Under the pieces are notes generated by a model. It was not told where the DNA came from and made no database searches. It saw only the letters and a program-made list of their open reading frames with translations. A program made the translations under genes and the position numbers. From positions 1-64,000 of the forward strand of contig JBGCEP010000018.1 in the NCBI GenBank assembly GCA_045106415.1: a DNA stretch of 64,000 nt. Direction: 5' to 3'. Source of the DNA: Oligoflexales bacterium (GTDB lineage Bacteria; Bdellovibrionota_B; Oligoflexia; Oligoflexales; Bog-1112). Below are positions 11,001-20,281 of the stretch, one piece after another. The stretch's first letter is position 1, and every line of letters begins with the position of its first letter.

Positions 11001-11110
11001 GCCTCACGATTCATCGATAATGTTGCAAACACACCTGATAAAAAAATAAAAAATGTCACAATATGTACAAAAATTTTCTGATGTACAAAAAATTCAATCA
11101 AACGCGACAC
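8096..11110 (-). CDS. RND efflux permease (AcrB/AcrD/AcrF family)
   Basis: 1004 aa; VGMLVDDAIVVTE, GVVVNNGIVL, RIRPIVMTTLTT. Confidence 0.95.
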   Translation of the reverse strand: MSRLIEFFVHQKIFVHIVTFFIFLSGVFATLSMNREAMPYVSFDSLSVRVIYPSASPDMVEATVTNPLENRFHGLDGLVDMSSSSTEGLSSIRLRLNPDEVLISEVEDEVADILQSTNFPSGVTDFSVKKNETKIQSLLSFALSGLDQEEMRPWVLKLQRELEGVKGIASVTISGLPPLEVRIDVESKKQRNFQMSFSEMIDAIKSSTQQMPAGLYYDEQDGVDRMVRAVPQVNSLEDIRKIVLRNNFSGQALSIGDFAKVSIGPKIKKVFQRVQGEPVIHFQVSKKSSYDTIRTVEIVREKIHDFLNQAKNLNVIELEDRSERVSLRVRVLSNNLLMGLFLVLLILSLMLPWKAALVASMGVPFAFCATMLAFQLWGVSLNLISMMGLIIVVGMLVDDAIVVTESIQKKMEDGLSPHDAAVQGTERVWRPVTTSVLTTMAAFLPLMDLDGVFGKFIRHIPIGVMVALAFSLVECLFLLPSHVASWGHIEKKQRGGFWDRSFVPGYRSLTIRLLKYRYLVFLSSTAWILGTGFFAWQNLPFRFFPGTEKSEFSMKLEAPKSSSQRQYMSWIEQVESLIHRVGGEQLQWVSSTYDDEKHEASFLISVKEPSDVKLVMGEVKEKAQLPEGVSLKMTRRHSGPSSGKPLSFRILGQNIAAMDEAAVLLMSEIENIPGASDATRDEKNGRSQLLMKIHADQQRQVKVSSREAMFTLQAHLDGIVAHTLPYQGEDLDVRLGVFSKKMKRDDFENLGVMSSDQRVVKLKNFASFKAQEGLSQYVHSDGRRVLEIEAEYEDDALPQSELQIQLKTLMEKMALKFPDLSFEKGADEKSRKSSLMSLQFSMVLTVVGIFLLLVLQFQNLVQPFLIVYLIPLAVVSVLWAFYFHGVPLSFLGGVGMIALAGVVVNNGIVLLDAFNQHQDDLSAMDAVVAAALDRIRPIVMTTLTTGVGILPTAYGFGGKDPFVVPIALALGWGVVMGACVTLLVLPSLLLVIEDLRRGFRFFKF

Positions 11111-11119
11111 AACTTTCTC

Positions 11120-12562
11120 CTAACCAGTATAGTTTGCTTTACCATCCCTAAGATCTAAACCCAGAGCGTATAACATTTTCCATTGAGTTTTCTTCATTTG
11201 TAATGCCAATAAACCTAGAGCTTCTTTTTTTTGTATATAGGATTTCTCCGCTGCAGATAACGCAGCAAAAGATAAAACTCCATTTCTATAAGAAAGTTGA
11301 TTCTTCTCAAGAAAATTCTTCGCAAGGTGAACAATATTTTTCTGATTTTGAAGATTATTTTTTTGCTGTTCCCACGTGTGGCATAAAATTTCTTTTTCTG
11401 ATGAAATTTTCTGCTTTAATATTTCTTGTTGAATTTCTAGAGATTTTTTTTCATACACTTTTCTACGATACAATGAGTTTTGCTCAGGACTTTCAAAATG
11501 ATATTGAAGCGATAAATTCACCTGCCAACGCGGATGACCCAATTGCGACAGAGCTCCTCCCGCATGAGAATCCACATGATTGAATCGAGAAGCCACTGAA
11601 AACTTACTTTCAGCCCTTAAAGACTCTCTGATAATTTCCATTTCTATTTGAGATTTCTGCACCTTAGAAGAAACAATCCGATATTCTGGGTGATTCTCAT
11701 ATAACAAGGGATACTGTATAGAGCAGATCTTAAAATCTATAGATGGAGAGGGGAGATTTAGATACAACCCTGCCACATCCTCTCCTTTTATAATATCTGT
11801 ATAAATGCGAAGAGATAGGGCAGACCAAGCACTAACAAGCTCCAGTTTTCGTACCTCTAAATCATTCCGATCTTGAAGCAACTGACTGTCAATCTGCAAT
11901 GTTTCTTCAGTTGAAATCATACCATCTTGTGACTTTTTTCGATAGATTTCTGCAAGATCATCGTCACGCTGCAAAGCTTCATACGCAGCTTCGTAAGATA
12001 ATTTTTTTTGCTCAACAAGTGTTGCAGCATGAAGAATATCCATAAATAAATCATGCTGAATCTTTATTTGTTCTAATTTTTTTTGTTGTGATACAAATTC
12101 ATTCTTAGCTCGTGATAACTCATATTCTTTCCCCCATTTATTTTTCAACAAATCTTGTTCAATCTTTATTTCAAGAGAAGCTTCAACTCCTCTTGTTTTC
12201 AAATGATTCGATCGAGCAGAGGAATCAACGACAGAAAGATTCGAGGTCAAAGAAGTCCCTGTTGAAAACTTTTTCTTCACAGTATGGTTCATTCCAATTT
12301 TTTGACGCTCTCCAGGATCATATAAGCCAATTGATTGATTTTCATTTTTTTCATAAAAAATTTCATGCGATAAATCGGAGCTAAATTTTTTATGAAGATC
12401 TCTGTTTAATAAAGTGATTTCGTTTTCAGCGCCTTGATTTAAATGTTTTTGGTGCGAGGAACCTAAAGCAATATCAAACAATTCTTGCAAAGACCATTGA
12501 TGTTTTCCACATAAACACGGCTGACTTAAAGTTAAAAAAAATACCATTATTATAAATTTCAT
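11120..12562 (-). CDS. TolC-family outer-membrane efflux protein
   Basis: Signal peptide, long helical repeats, IEQDLLKN, YRNG near the C-terminus; adjacent to the RND gene. Confidence 0.7.
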   Translation of the reverse strand: MKFIIMVFFLTLSQPCLCGKHQWSLQELFDIALGSSHQKHLNQGAENEITLLNRDLHKKFSSDLSHEIFYEKNENQSIGLYDPGERQKIGMNHTVKKKFSTGTSLTSNLSVVDSSARSNHLKTRGVEASLEIKIEQDLLKNKWGKEYELSRAKNEFVSQQKKLEQIKIQHDLFMDILHAATLVEQKKLSYEAAYEALQRDDDLAEIYRKKSQDGMISTEETLQIDSQLLQDRNDLEVRKLELVSAWSALSLRIYTDIIKGEDVAGLYLNLPSPSIDFKICSIQYPLLYENHPEYRIVSSKVQKSQIEMEIIRESLRAESKFSVASRFNHVDSHAGGALSQLGHPRWQVNLSLQYHFESPEQNSLYRRKVYEKKSLEIQQEILKQKISSEKEILCHTWEQQKNNLQNQKNIVHLAKNFLEKNQLSYRNGVLSFAALSAAEKSYIQKKEALGLLALQMKKTQWKMLYALGLDLRDGKANYTG

Positions 12563-12599
12563 AAAGCCTTCTTTCTTATCTTCACTAGGATTCTTGAGA

Positions 12600-13382
12600 T
12601 CATTGTGGCCATCCACCTAAAGTATGATACCCACAATCAACATGCAGCACTTCACCTGTGATTGCTCGAGAAAAATCACTCAATAAAAAACATGCCGTTT
12701 GCCCTACATCGCTATGTTGCAATGGTTGTTGGAGAGGAGCTGCTTTGTAAACAGAAGCCTGCATTTCAGAAAATCCTGGTATCCCTGCAGATGCCAATGT
12801 TTTTAAAGGACCAGCACTCAATGCGTTCACAGATATATTTTTCGACCCTAAGTCACAAGAAAGATACCTGACTGCTGCCTCGAGCGCCGCCTTTGCAATT
12901 CCCATTAAGTTGTACCCTGGAATCACTTTTTCTGCGCCATAATAAGACAGAGTCAAAATATGACCAGACGATTGCATTAAAGAAGAAGCACTCTTAGATA
13001 CAGATATAAAGCTATAAACGCTCGCATCCAGCGCAGCTGCGAAGCCGCCACGAGAGCAGTCGACAACATTTTTTTTTAAATCTTCTTGTGGAGCCCAAGC
13101 AATAGAGTGCACGATAAAATCGATACTCCCAAATTTTTCTTGCACTTGTGTGAAAAAACTCTGAATAGATTGATCGCTACGCACATCACAAGGCAACAAC
13201 GCTGTGACATCATGGCACTCCAGAGATTTTTCAACTCGAGAACGATTTTTTCCCCTTTCATCCTCCAGATAGCTCACGATCACTTCTGCCCCTTGTTTCA
13301 AGGCTTCCGCCACAATGGACGTTGCAATAGAGCGATGACCTGCGACTCCCATAACAACGCCTTTTTTCCCCTGTAACAACAT
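12600..13382 (-). CDS. fabI: Enoyl-ACP reductase
   Basis: GVAGHRSIA, VHSIAWA, YNLMGIAKAALE, SAGPLKTLA. Confidence 0.95.
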   Translation of the reverse strand: MLLQGKKGVVMGVAGHRSIATSIVAEALKQGAEVIVSYLEDERGKNRSRVEKSLECHDVTALLPCDVRSDQSIQSFFTQVQEKFGSIDFIVHSIAWAPQEDLKKNVVDCSRGGFAAALDASVYSFISVSKSASSLMQSSGHILTLSYYGAEKVIPGYNLMGIAKAALEAAVRYLSCDLGSKNISVNALSAGPLKTLASAGIPGFSEMQASVYKAAPLQQPLQHSDVGQTACFLLSDFSRAITGEVLHVDCGYHTLGGWPQ

Positions 13383-13392
13383 AGAGCCCTCT

Positions 13393-14226
13393 TCACAGCA
13401 GTTTATAATGCCGGCTCATTGTGACGAAACCCATGGGAACATTCAAGGAAATGATCATGATTACCAGAATCACAGAGATCCCCCACCAATCACCACGAAG
13501 AAGATATGGAAACTGAAGAGCAATCATATTTCCAAAAGAAGACTCTGGCTCCTGCACTCCTAGTCCCAAATAGCTTAAAGACACCTCAACAATCGATATA
13601 CGTTGCATCAACTGACAAACATGCAACAATAAAGGATCTCTCCACTGCCTCAAAAGACCGTGATTCCATACTTGAGACCACACCGAACTTCCTAATGTTT
13701 GTGAACATTCCCAATAGCTTAAACCTTGATCTTCTAAATAAAATTTCATGATCACACTTGAGCAAGAAACTGAAAAAAACAGACATGAAACCAAAGAAAT
13801 GGAATAAAAATCGAACACTCCAACTCCATAAGATCCCAACAGCACCCAAACAAGAAAAGGCACAGCCTGAACAACAGAACCCAAAAAAATCAAAAATCGA
13901 CGCCACATAGGAAAAATTAATAAACACAAAGACAAAAGAACACCTAAAAATCCAGAAAATATGCATAAAACCCAAATCTTCACCAAAGTAAGAACACACA
14001 TCCCTAAGCGACTCAAAAGACTTCGGCCCAAAGAGTCTGTTCCAAGAAAAAAAATTTTAGACGGCAACTCAGAGACATGTTTTAAATCAACATCGCTATC
14101 ACCTGATAAAAAAATCAAAATACATAGAGTAAAAAATTGAATAAAAAAAACATTCTTAAGAATAAGACTGCAAGAGTCGAGACAGTTTTTTTTGATTTGC
14201 GTAAAAAATAATCGCGAAAGCAGCAT
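13393..14226 (-). CDS. Oligopeptide/dipeptide ABC permease (OppC/DppC-like), divergent; start uncertain
   Basis: FLGTDSLGRSLLSR and EVSLSYLGLGVQEPESSFGNMI motifs. Confidence 0.75.
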   Translation of the reverse strand: MLLSRLFFTQIKKNCLDSCSLILKNVFFIQFFTLCILIFLSGDSDVDLKHVSELPSKIFFLGTDSLGRSLLSRLGMCVLTLVKIWVLCIFSGFLGVLLSLCLLIFPMWRRFLIFLGSVVQAVPFLVWVLLGSYGVGVFDFYSISLVSCLFFSVSCSSVIMKFYLEDQGLSYWECSQTLGSSVWSQVWNHGLLRQWRDPLLLHVCQLMQRISIVEVSLSYLGLGVQEPESSFGNMIALQFPYLLRGDWWGISVILVIMIISLNVPMGFVTMSRHYKLL

Positions 14227-14824
14227 AACAAGACCCCAGAAGAAATAAGAGGTAAAAAACCTGGTCAATATCCCTCTGACGAAAGGCTTGCCAAAGAGAA
14301 AAGCCAATTCCAGGAATATTAAAAATAGATTCAACAACAATAATTTCGCCAAAAATCCATGGGAAATAATAAATCCAAGACTCTAATAAAGTTTTTTTAA
14401 TCAAAAGAGGTTTCAACATACTCGACACAGAAAAACCAAAACCTTGTCCAGATCTTACAAAAAAACTCTTCACCCATCTTGCGTAATTTATCTTCATATT
14501 TGTCATAATCGCATGAGCGAGACCACTACTTAATAAAAGAACTAAAGAAGGCTGAAGACAGTAAAATACAATATCTAATACAGAAGAATCGTAATAAACA
14601 GGGAACATTATATTTATATGAAAAGCATGAAAAAAGAATAATATGACACAAGGGGCAAGGACTAAAGATGGAAAAATAAAAAAAGAATAATTTTTTAAAT
14701 CCTTGTCAGGATGATTTTTTATACAAAAATAAAAAAACGATAAACTTAAAAAATAAGACCATATTAAGGTAAACAATAATAGTAATAATGTTGTGAAAAA
14801 ATATGACATGCGCTGTAACCTCAT
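14156..14824 (-). CDS. Oligopeptide ABC permease (OppB/DppB-like), short
   Basis: GEIIVVESIFNIPGIG...RD C-terminal motif; hydrophobic. Confidence 0.7.
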   Translation of the reverse strand: MRLQRMSYFFTTLLLLLFTLIWSYFLSLSFFYFCIKNHPDKDLKNYSFFIFPSLVLAPCVILFFFHAFHINIMFPVYYDSSVLDIVFYCLQPSLVLLLSSGLAHAIMTNMKINYARWVKSFFVRSGQGFGFSVSSMLKPLLIKKTLLESWIYYFPWIFGEIIVVESIFNIPGIGFSLWQAFRQRDIDQVFYLLFLLGSCYAAFAIIFYANQKKLSRLLQSYS

Positions 14825-14858
14825 TCATTCAATAATACATTGAATGAATGAGGTTACA
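14814..14858. repeat. Perfect 20-bp inverted repeat with 5-nt loop
   Basis: tgtaacctcattcattcaat-aatac-attgaatgaatgaggttaca. Confidence 0.9.
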
Positions 14859-14870
14859 AAGAAATCCAAA

Positions 14871-15233
14871 TCAACATTGTTTAAAAAAAGGAAGTCTATA
14901 AAGATGCCATGATTCCTTATCATCGTCATAGGGAAGCCAGTCCCAATCTGGGTAGGCCTCAGAAAGTAGGTGTCGGGTTCGACTTAATAACTTTACCAAA
15001 TTCGTTCGAGCGTGATTTGCATATCGAGAAGAAACCTCTGTATTTGGAAAATAAATCACCTTTACAAGTTCCGTTTTTGTTAAAACATGATGATCACTCT
15101 CCACAAATAAATTGAGTAACCGAATTAAATATGGCTTTCCTAGAATAGTGAGGTTTTGATGATCAACTGTCATAGTGCAACCATCCATGGATACCTGAGG
15201 CCTAAATTTATTAAGTTCGTCATACTGAATCAT
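14871..15233 (-). CDS. Stand-alone OmpR-type winged-helix DNA-binding protein (putative)
   Basis: RLLNLF...VLTKTELVKVIY...NLVKLLSRTRHLL pattern; aggag RBS. Confidence 0.55.
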   Translation of the reverse strand: MIQYDELNKFRPQVSMDGCTMTVDHQNLTILGKPYLIRLLNLFVESDHHVLTKTELVKVIYFPNTEVSSRYANHARTNLVKLLSRTRHLLSEAYPDWDWLPYDDDKESWHLYRLPFFKQC

Positions 15234-15417
15234 CTTCTTTTGCTCCTATCTGCTTCATTTCAACACGAGCCTCATGACTCGCGACACAGAGGTCATGGCG
15301 AAAAAGGCAGGAGATGAAAAACATTTTTTTTGCATTTCACTCATTCACTTGATTTTATAAATGTTTTTTTCAAACCAGCTGATCAGAACCTGACTATTTT
15401 TTTGTAAATTTCAAAAA

Positions 15418-16926
15418 TTATTCTTTTGAAAAGATATCCACAGCACGTACAGCCCGTTTCCACCCAGACTTCCATTGATTCACATCATCAGCTGATAGGT
15501 TTTGAGTATAAAAAGCCGCTGACTGCCTAAAGCTTTCAAAATCAGAGACCTGTTTTACAGCTCCAGCTCCAAGCATAGCCACAAAAGCCGCACCCAAGCC
15601 CGTAGACTCTAAATGAACACTGCGATCCACGCGTAGACCGGTCATATCAGACTGCAACTGCATTAAGACAGAGTTTGCAGATGCCCCACCATCAACTCTC
15701 ATGCTTTCACAAATGATAGGTTGTGCGTCTTGACTCAATGCTTCAACCAAATCACCAACACTAAAAGCAATACCTTCCAAGGTTGCTCGCACCATTTGAT
15801 TTGCCGTCGTTGAACGATTGAGCCCCAAGTAGGCTCCTCTCGCTTCGGCGTTCCATGATGGAGCACCCAAACCCGTAAGAGCAGGAACAAAGTAAAGATC
15901 TGGTGCTGCAGAAACTTGGCTTGCTAAACGCTCTGAGTCTTCAGCTTGATCAAACCATTTCATTTCATCACGCGCAAACTGCACAGCTGCACCTGCAATA
16001 AATGCTGATCCTTCTAAGGCATATGTCACCTTTCCACCTATGGACCAAGCCACCGTAGTGATCAAATGATGCTGAGAAAGCTTACATTCATCACCAATAT
16101 TCATAAGCAAAAAAGCACCTGTCCCGAAAGTGCATTTTAAATCACCTTTAGACACAGCACTTTGTCCCAGTAAAGAAGCTTGTTGATCTCCAAGCACACC
16201 CAAAATAGGAATACCGTCCGCCAAAAAATCAAGCCCTCGTGTTTCCCCAAAGCACCCTGCACTTTCTTTAATCTCAGGAAGTGATCCTTGAGGGACCTCA
16301 AAAATATCTAATAATTTTTTATCCCATTGGCATGTTTTCAAATCCATAAGCATTGTACGACTGGCATTAGATGGTTCTGTGAAAAAACTTTCTCCAGACG
16401 TCAGACGATGAATAAGCCAAGTATCAATTGTTGAAATAACAATATGGCCATCTGTTATTTTTTTATGCAAATCAGGTTCATTTTGCGCAATCCATTTAAT
16501 TTTACTTGCTGTAAAATAAGGATCAAGTTGCAAACCTGTTTTTTCAACAATCCAATCTTTTTCAGCCATTAATTCTTTACAAATATTTGCACTTCTACGG
16601 CACTGCCACACAATTGCTTTACGAGCAGATTGGCCACTTTTTCTGTCATAAAAACATAACGTTTCTCTTTGGTTGGTAATTCCAATACCACTAAGATCAT
16701 CCGCTTTTATCGAAGATTTTTCGAGAACGTGAGACACAGCGCTCACAATAGAATTCCAAATTTCATCTAGATCATGCTCAACCCACCCTGATTGCGGATA
16801 ATATTGAGGAAACTGAGATGTAGACTTATCTAAAACTTCAATACTCTGGTCCTCAGATTTTACTTTCACAAGAAGTGCTGTTGTTCCTGTTGTCCCTTGA
16901 TCAATGGCTATAAAATAAGAAACCAT
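15418..16926 (-). CDS. glpK: Glycerol kinase
   Basis: IDQGTTGT, GITNQRET, IVWQCRR, NASRTML, GDQQASL, YALEGS, VDGGASAN. Confidence 0.95.
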   Translation of the reverse strand: MVSYFIAIDQGTTGTTALLVKVKSEDQSIEVLDKSTSQFPQYYPQSGWVEHDLDEIWNSIVSAVSHVLEKSSIKADDLSGIGITNQRETLCFYDRKSGQSARKAIVWQCRRSANICKELMAEKDWIVEKTGLQLDPYFTASKIKWIAQNEPDLHKKITDGHIVISTIDTWLIHRLTSGESFFTEPSNASRTMLMDLKTCQWDKKLLDIFEVPQGSLPEIKESAGCFGETRGLDFLADGIPILGVLGDQQASLLGQSAVSKGDLKCTFGTGAFLLMNIGDECKLSQHHLITTVAWSIGGKVTYALEGSAFIAGAAVQFARDEMKWFDQAEDSERLASQVSAAPDLYFVPALTGLGAPSWNAEARGAYLGLNRSTTANQMVRATLEGIAFSVGDLVEALSQDAQPIICESMRVDGGASANSVLMQLQSDMTGLRVDRSVHLESTGLGAAFVAMLGAGAVKQVSDFESFRQSAAFYTQNLSADDVNQWKSGWKRAVRAVDIFSKE

Positions 16927-16936
16927 AAAGTTCCTT

Positions 16937-18652
16937 TCATTTTTTGGCTAAAGAAAATCTCACAATTAAAACCTGAGAGCATATCGAATACAATAACGGA
17001 AGAAACAACACCCCCCACCAATACTTTGGTAAATTAACATCCTGCCCGATCACTCCGCAATATGTTGTTTTGACTTTTCCATTACCATCGTTCACCGAGT
17101 CACGATTTTTTTTCTCTTGGAGTCGTTCACTCACATAGTTTTTACAATCAGGAATTTCTCGTGCAACGTCATTTTGAAATCCTCTTGCATTTGCAGTTTC
17201 TGTAATAAGACAGAGATGTTTCCCTTCAAAGTGCATAATATCAGACGCAGCCAAGCCAATAAGTACATCACTATACACAGCTTTTTCAGGTAAAAACTCA
17301 ACAGCAGAATAAACCACTTGATCCCACTCAGACGCAGTCACTCCATCGTGAAGACGCACATCCCAAAACCATCCTGAAATCAACTGACTTTTTAAATGAT
17401 AGCCCGGCAAACTCCAATAAAGATCGGTGTCATAAGCAATAGAGTTTGTCAAAATCCGCAAACACTGATTGCGGACATAACACAGTGTATCTCCTTCTTC
17501 CAGACAAACGCTCTCCCCAAAACACGGGTCGTTTTTACGGGCAGCATGGAAATAATCTGAAAAAGCTTCATGAATTGCACCTGAATGCTCCACTCCTTCA
17601 GTTTGACCACGAGTTTCTGTTTGTTTAACTGACTCTAAGTATTGATAGACCACATGATGTCCGATCTCATGACTTGCGATATCATCTTCATAAGGCAAAT
17701 GTTGAAGAGTCACATCATCACCATCAGCAATCTGAATAATCACATCACCACTTCCTTTAGGGTCTTTTGCAAAATAAACAGCTTGATTTTTATATGATTG
17801 ATCTCCAATGACCACATCTTGATGTAACACAATTTTAACTTTTGCTTGAGGAAGATGCCATTTATAGCCCAGATTTTCTAACCACCTTAATGTTTCATAA
17901 ACACCAATAAAACTAGTGTTTTCAGCAATTTTTGGGTTACTGTAATCATATAAGAATTGATGACTTGATTCTTCTGCTTTTTCCGCTGGCGTCACTTCAG
18001 TTTTAATATACTTGGATTCTAAAAAAGAATTCCCGACAAGATCAACAGTAACATCTCTCATCTCTTGTAACGTCAGTCCTTTTGTTAAAGAACGAACTGT
18101 CGCTTGCGCAGTAAAAAATTGATTTCTTATCTGAAAAAAATCATTTCCGTCCGTCCAAACCACTTTAGGAAGATCGTTTTCAAAGACATAAAAACGCCAT
18201 ACAGGATAAAAGGCATCTTCTTTTTCATACCAACACTGTATAGGTTCATTCCCTGAATATTCATTCAATCGATAGTCTTTCTCTTTCAAAAAAATGCTAA
18301 CATCACGCACGCGCGGCCAATCATTTGTTTTGATTGATAAAGCTGTTGGCCACTCACCTAAAACAACAACTTGCCCTGGGTGGTGAGAAACTCTCATCAT
18401 CGTGTCACAGATATCTGTACCATAAAGAGAAAAATTAACTTCCTCCTGTGTATTTTTTTTCTGTTTGATATGCCATTTCAGATCATGATGAAAATCATAT
18501 CTCTGTGCAATTTCTTGAACCCAAAAAGGGTCTTTATATAATATGGAAAGATCAGATTTTATTTCTGCAGTATGCAACTGAATTCTTTTTGCATAAATAT
18601 TTCCACCGCAACCTATAAACAAAAGAAGGCACTTCAATACTCGATAAGTCAT
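16937..18652 (-). CDS. Secreted gluzincin metallopeptidase (M4/M36-like) with C-terminal membrane anchor
   Basis: Signal peptide; SHEIGHH + GAIHEAFSDYF; C-terminal CGVIG..TM..KK. Confidence 0.75.
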   Translation of the reverse strand: MTYRVLKCLLLFIGCGGNIYAKRIQLHTAEIKSDLSILYKDPFWVQEIAQRYDFHHDLKWHIKQKKNTQEEVNFSLYGTDICDTMMRVSHHPGQVVVLGEWPTALSIKTNDWPRVRDVSIFLKEKDYRLNEYSGNEPIQCWYEKEDAFYPVWRFYVFENDLPKVVWTDGNDFFQIRNQFFTAQATVRSLTKGLTLQEMRDVTVDLVGNSFLESKYIKTEVTPAEKAEESSHQFLYDYSNPKIAENTSFIGVYETLRWLENLGYKWHLPQAKVKIVLHQDVVIGDQSYKNQAVYFAKDPKGSGDVIIQIADGDDVTLQHLPYEDDIASHEIGHHVVYQYLESVKQTETRGQTEGVEHSGAIHEAFSDYFHAARKNDPCFGESVCLEEGDTLCYVRNQCLRILTNSIAYDTDLYWSLPGYHLKSQLISGWFWDVRLHDGVTASEWDQVVYSAVEFLPEKAVYSDVLIGLAASDIMHFEGKHLCLITETANARGFQNDVAREIPDCKNYVSERLQEKKNRDSVNDGNGKVKTTYCGVIGQDVNLPKYWWGVLFLPLLYSICSQVLIVRFSLAKK

Positions 18653-18853
18653 AACAATCTCCTACTTATAGAACATCGGAAACAACAGCTCCTTACCAGA
18701 GTTCAACCCACCAAGACAAATAAGTTAAAAAACTAAAAATATAAGATTAAATTGTTTTTATTAAGAAAAACCCAAGCAGAAAACACAGTATCACAAACCT
18801 ATTCGAGTCTGTCATGTCTTTTGAAAAAAGTTATTTTCAAACCTTCCCAATAT

Positions 18854-20104
18854 TTATGTTTTCCGCCTTTGATACTGACTTACAGCCAACACATATAAAA
18901 CAAATAAGGCACTGATTAAACAGGGCCAATAAAAAAGAAAAATTCTTGGACCTTCCGCGAAGCGCGCTATAACATGATACAAAATAGGGTAAAGCAAAAA
19001 AATGGTCATAGTTTTATATTTCTTTAATCGAAGCTTGTCACAACATATTATGAAAATAGGAATCATCATATTTACAAAATTGTGATGCCACGCCAATGGG
19101 CTTAAAATTGTTTGAGCCAAAACCATAGGAGCAGCCGCATCTATCCATGAAAATCGTTCTTTTTTTCGAAGATCTTCAATTAAAAACAAAGAGACTCCTC
19201 CAATAAAGATAACAATCACACAAAAAATAAAAGGAACAGATGCCACAGGAAGAGAAAACAGATTTTTTTTATACTCTAAATATTTAAAATCTGGATAACT
19301 AAATAGAGAACTTATTAAATTTTGAAGATTATTATTATAAGGATAATAATAAGGATCAAAAAGAGAATGCCCACTTTTCATCGTATGGAACCACGATGAA
19401 AATTCTTCATACGGTGGTGAAAAACGCATTAAACTCACACCTAATAAAAGCACTAAAGAAGAAGAAAACACTAACAAACTTTTCCACTGCTTCCTCCAAA
19501 TCATATAAGGAAGCACTATAATAGGGGTCAATTTAATCAAGACACCAAGCGCAACAAAAAAACCTGCTGACATTTTTTTTTCATCAATTTTCTTCATCGC
19601 CAATAACATAATATACAGAACAATCAGATTAACCTGACCATATAGCACGTGAACCACTAAAAAAGGTGTTATTGCCCAAACAGCAAAGAAAACAGCTATT
19701 CTTTTTTCTTGTGAACTTTTTTCTAATAAAAGATTGATGATTCTCAGTAAAGAAAACATATTCAAAAAAAGCCACACACTCTTCGCAAAACTTTCAGAAA
19801 GAAAACTCAAAGGCGCCATCAGCATTGCAAAAAATGGAGAGTACTTAAAGATACTAAAACCATCTGAAGTTTGATAAAGAGAAAATCCCTGTACATATCT
19901 CATTCCAGCCAAATAGAAGACATGAAAATCTTGAACCTCCGACTGTATTCTCAAACAAAGCCCAAGACCGAAAAGAACAAAGAAAAATAACTTCTTCTCT
20001 TTTTGAAGACCTTGATACCAATGGTCCATACTTTCTAAGTACTCTTGTAGGGGAGGTATCATATTCATCACTCTTCTTTTTTGTATCAAAACGTCTTCCA
20101 CCAA
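18854..20104 (-). CDS. GT87-family (DUF2029) membrane mannosyltransferase
   Basis: DFHVFYLAG, FKYSPFFAMLMAPL, GQVN, IKLTP, SPLAWHH. Confidence 0.8.
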   Translation of the reverse strand: MVEDVLIQKRRVMNMIPPLQEYLESMDHWYQGLQKEKKLFFFVLFGLGLCLRIQSEVQDFHVFYLAGMRYVQGFSLYQTSDGFSIFKYSPFFAMLMAPLSFLSESFAKSVWLFLNMFSLLRIINLLLEKSSQEKRIAVFFAVWAITPFLVVHVLYGQVNLIVLYIMLLAMKKIDEKKMSAGFFVALGVLIKLTPIIVLPYMIWRKQWKSLLVFSSSLVLLLGVSLMRFSPPYEEFSSWFHTMKSGHSLFDPYYYPYNNNLQNLISSLFSYPDFKYLEYKKNLFSLPVASVPFIFCVIVIFIGGVSLFLIEDLRKKERFSWIDAAAPMVLAQTILSPLAWHHNFVNMMIPIFIICCDKLRLKKYKTMTIFLLYPILYHVIARFAEGPRIFLFYWPCLISALFVLYVLAVSQYQRRKT

Positions 20105-20281
20105 AATTAAATCATCTTATGTCTTTTTCTTTATAAAAAAGATCTTAAAGAAAATATTTGATTTAAACATTCTAATTATATACAGCAAACATCAAGAAAA
20201 ATCTAAATTACACCTTTATCCTACTTGTATTTATATCTCAATACATTTAGATATAATATAGCTTTTTTCATTAGGTATCCT

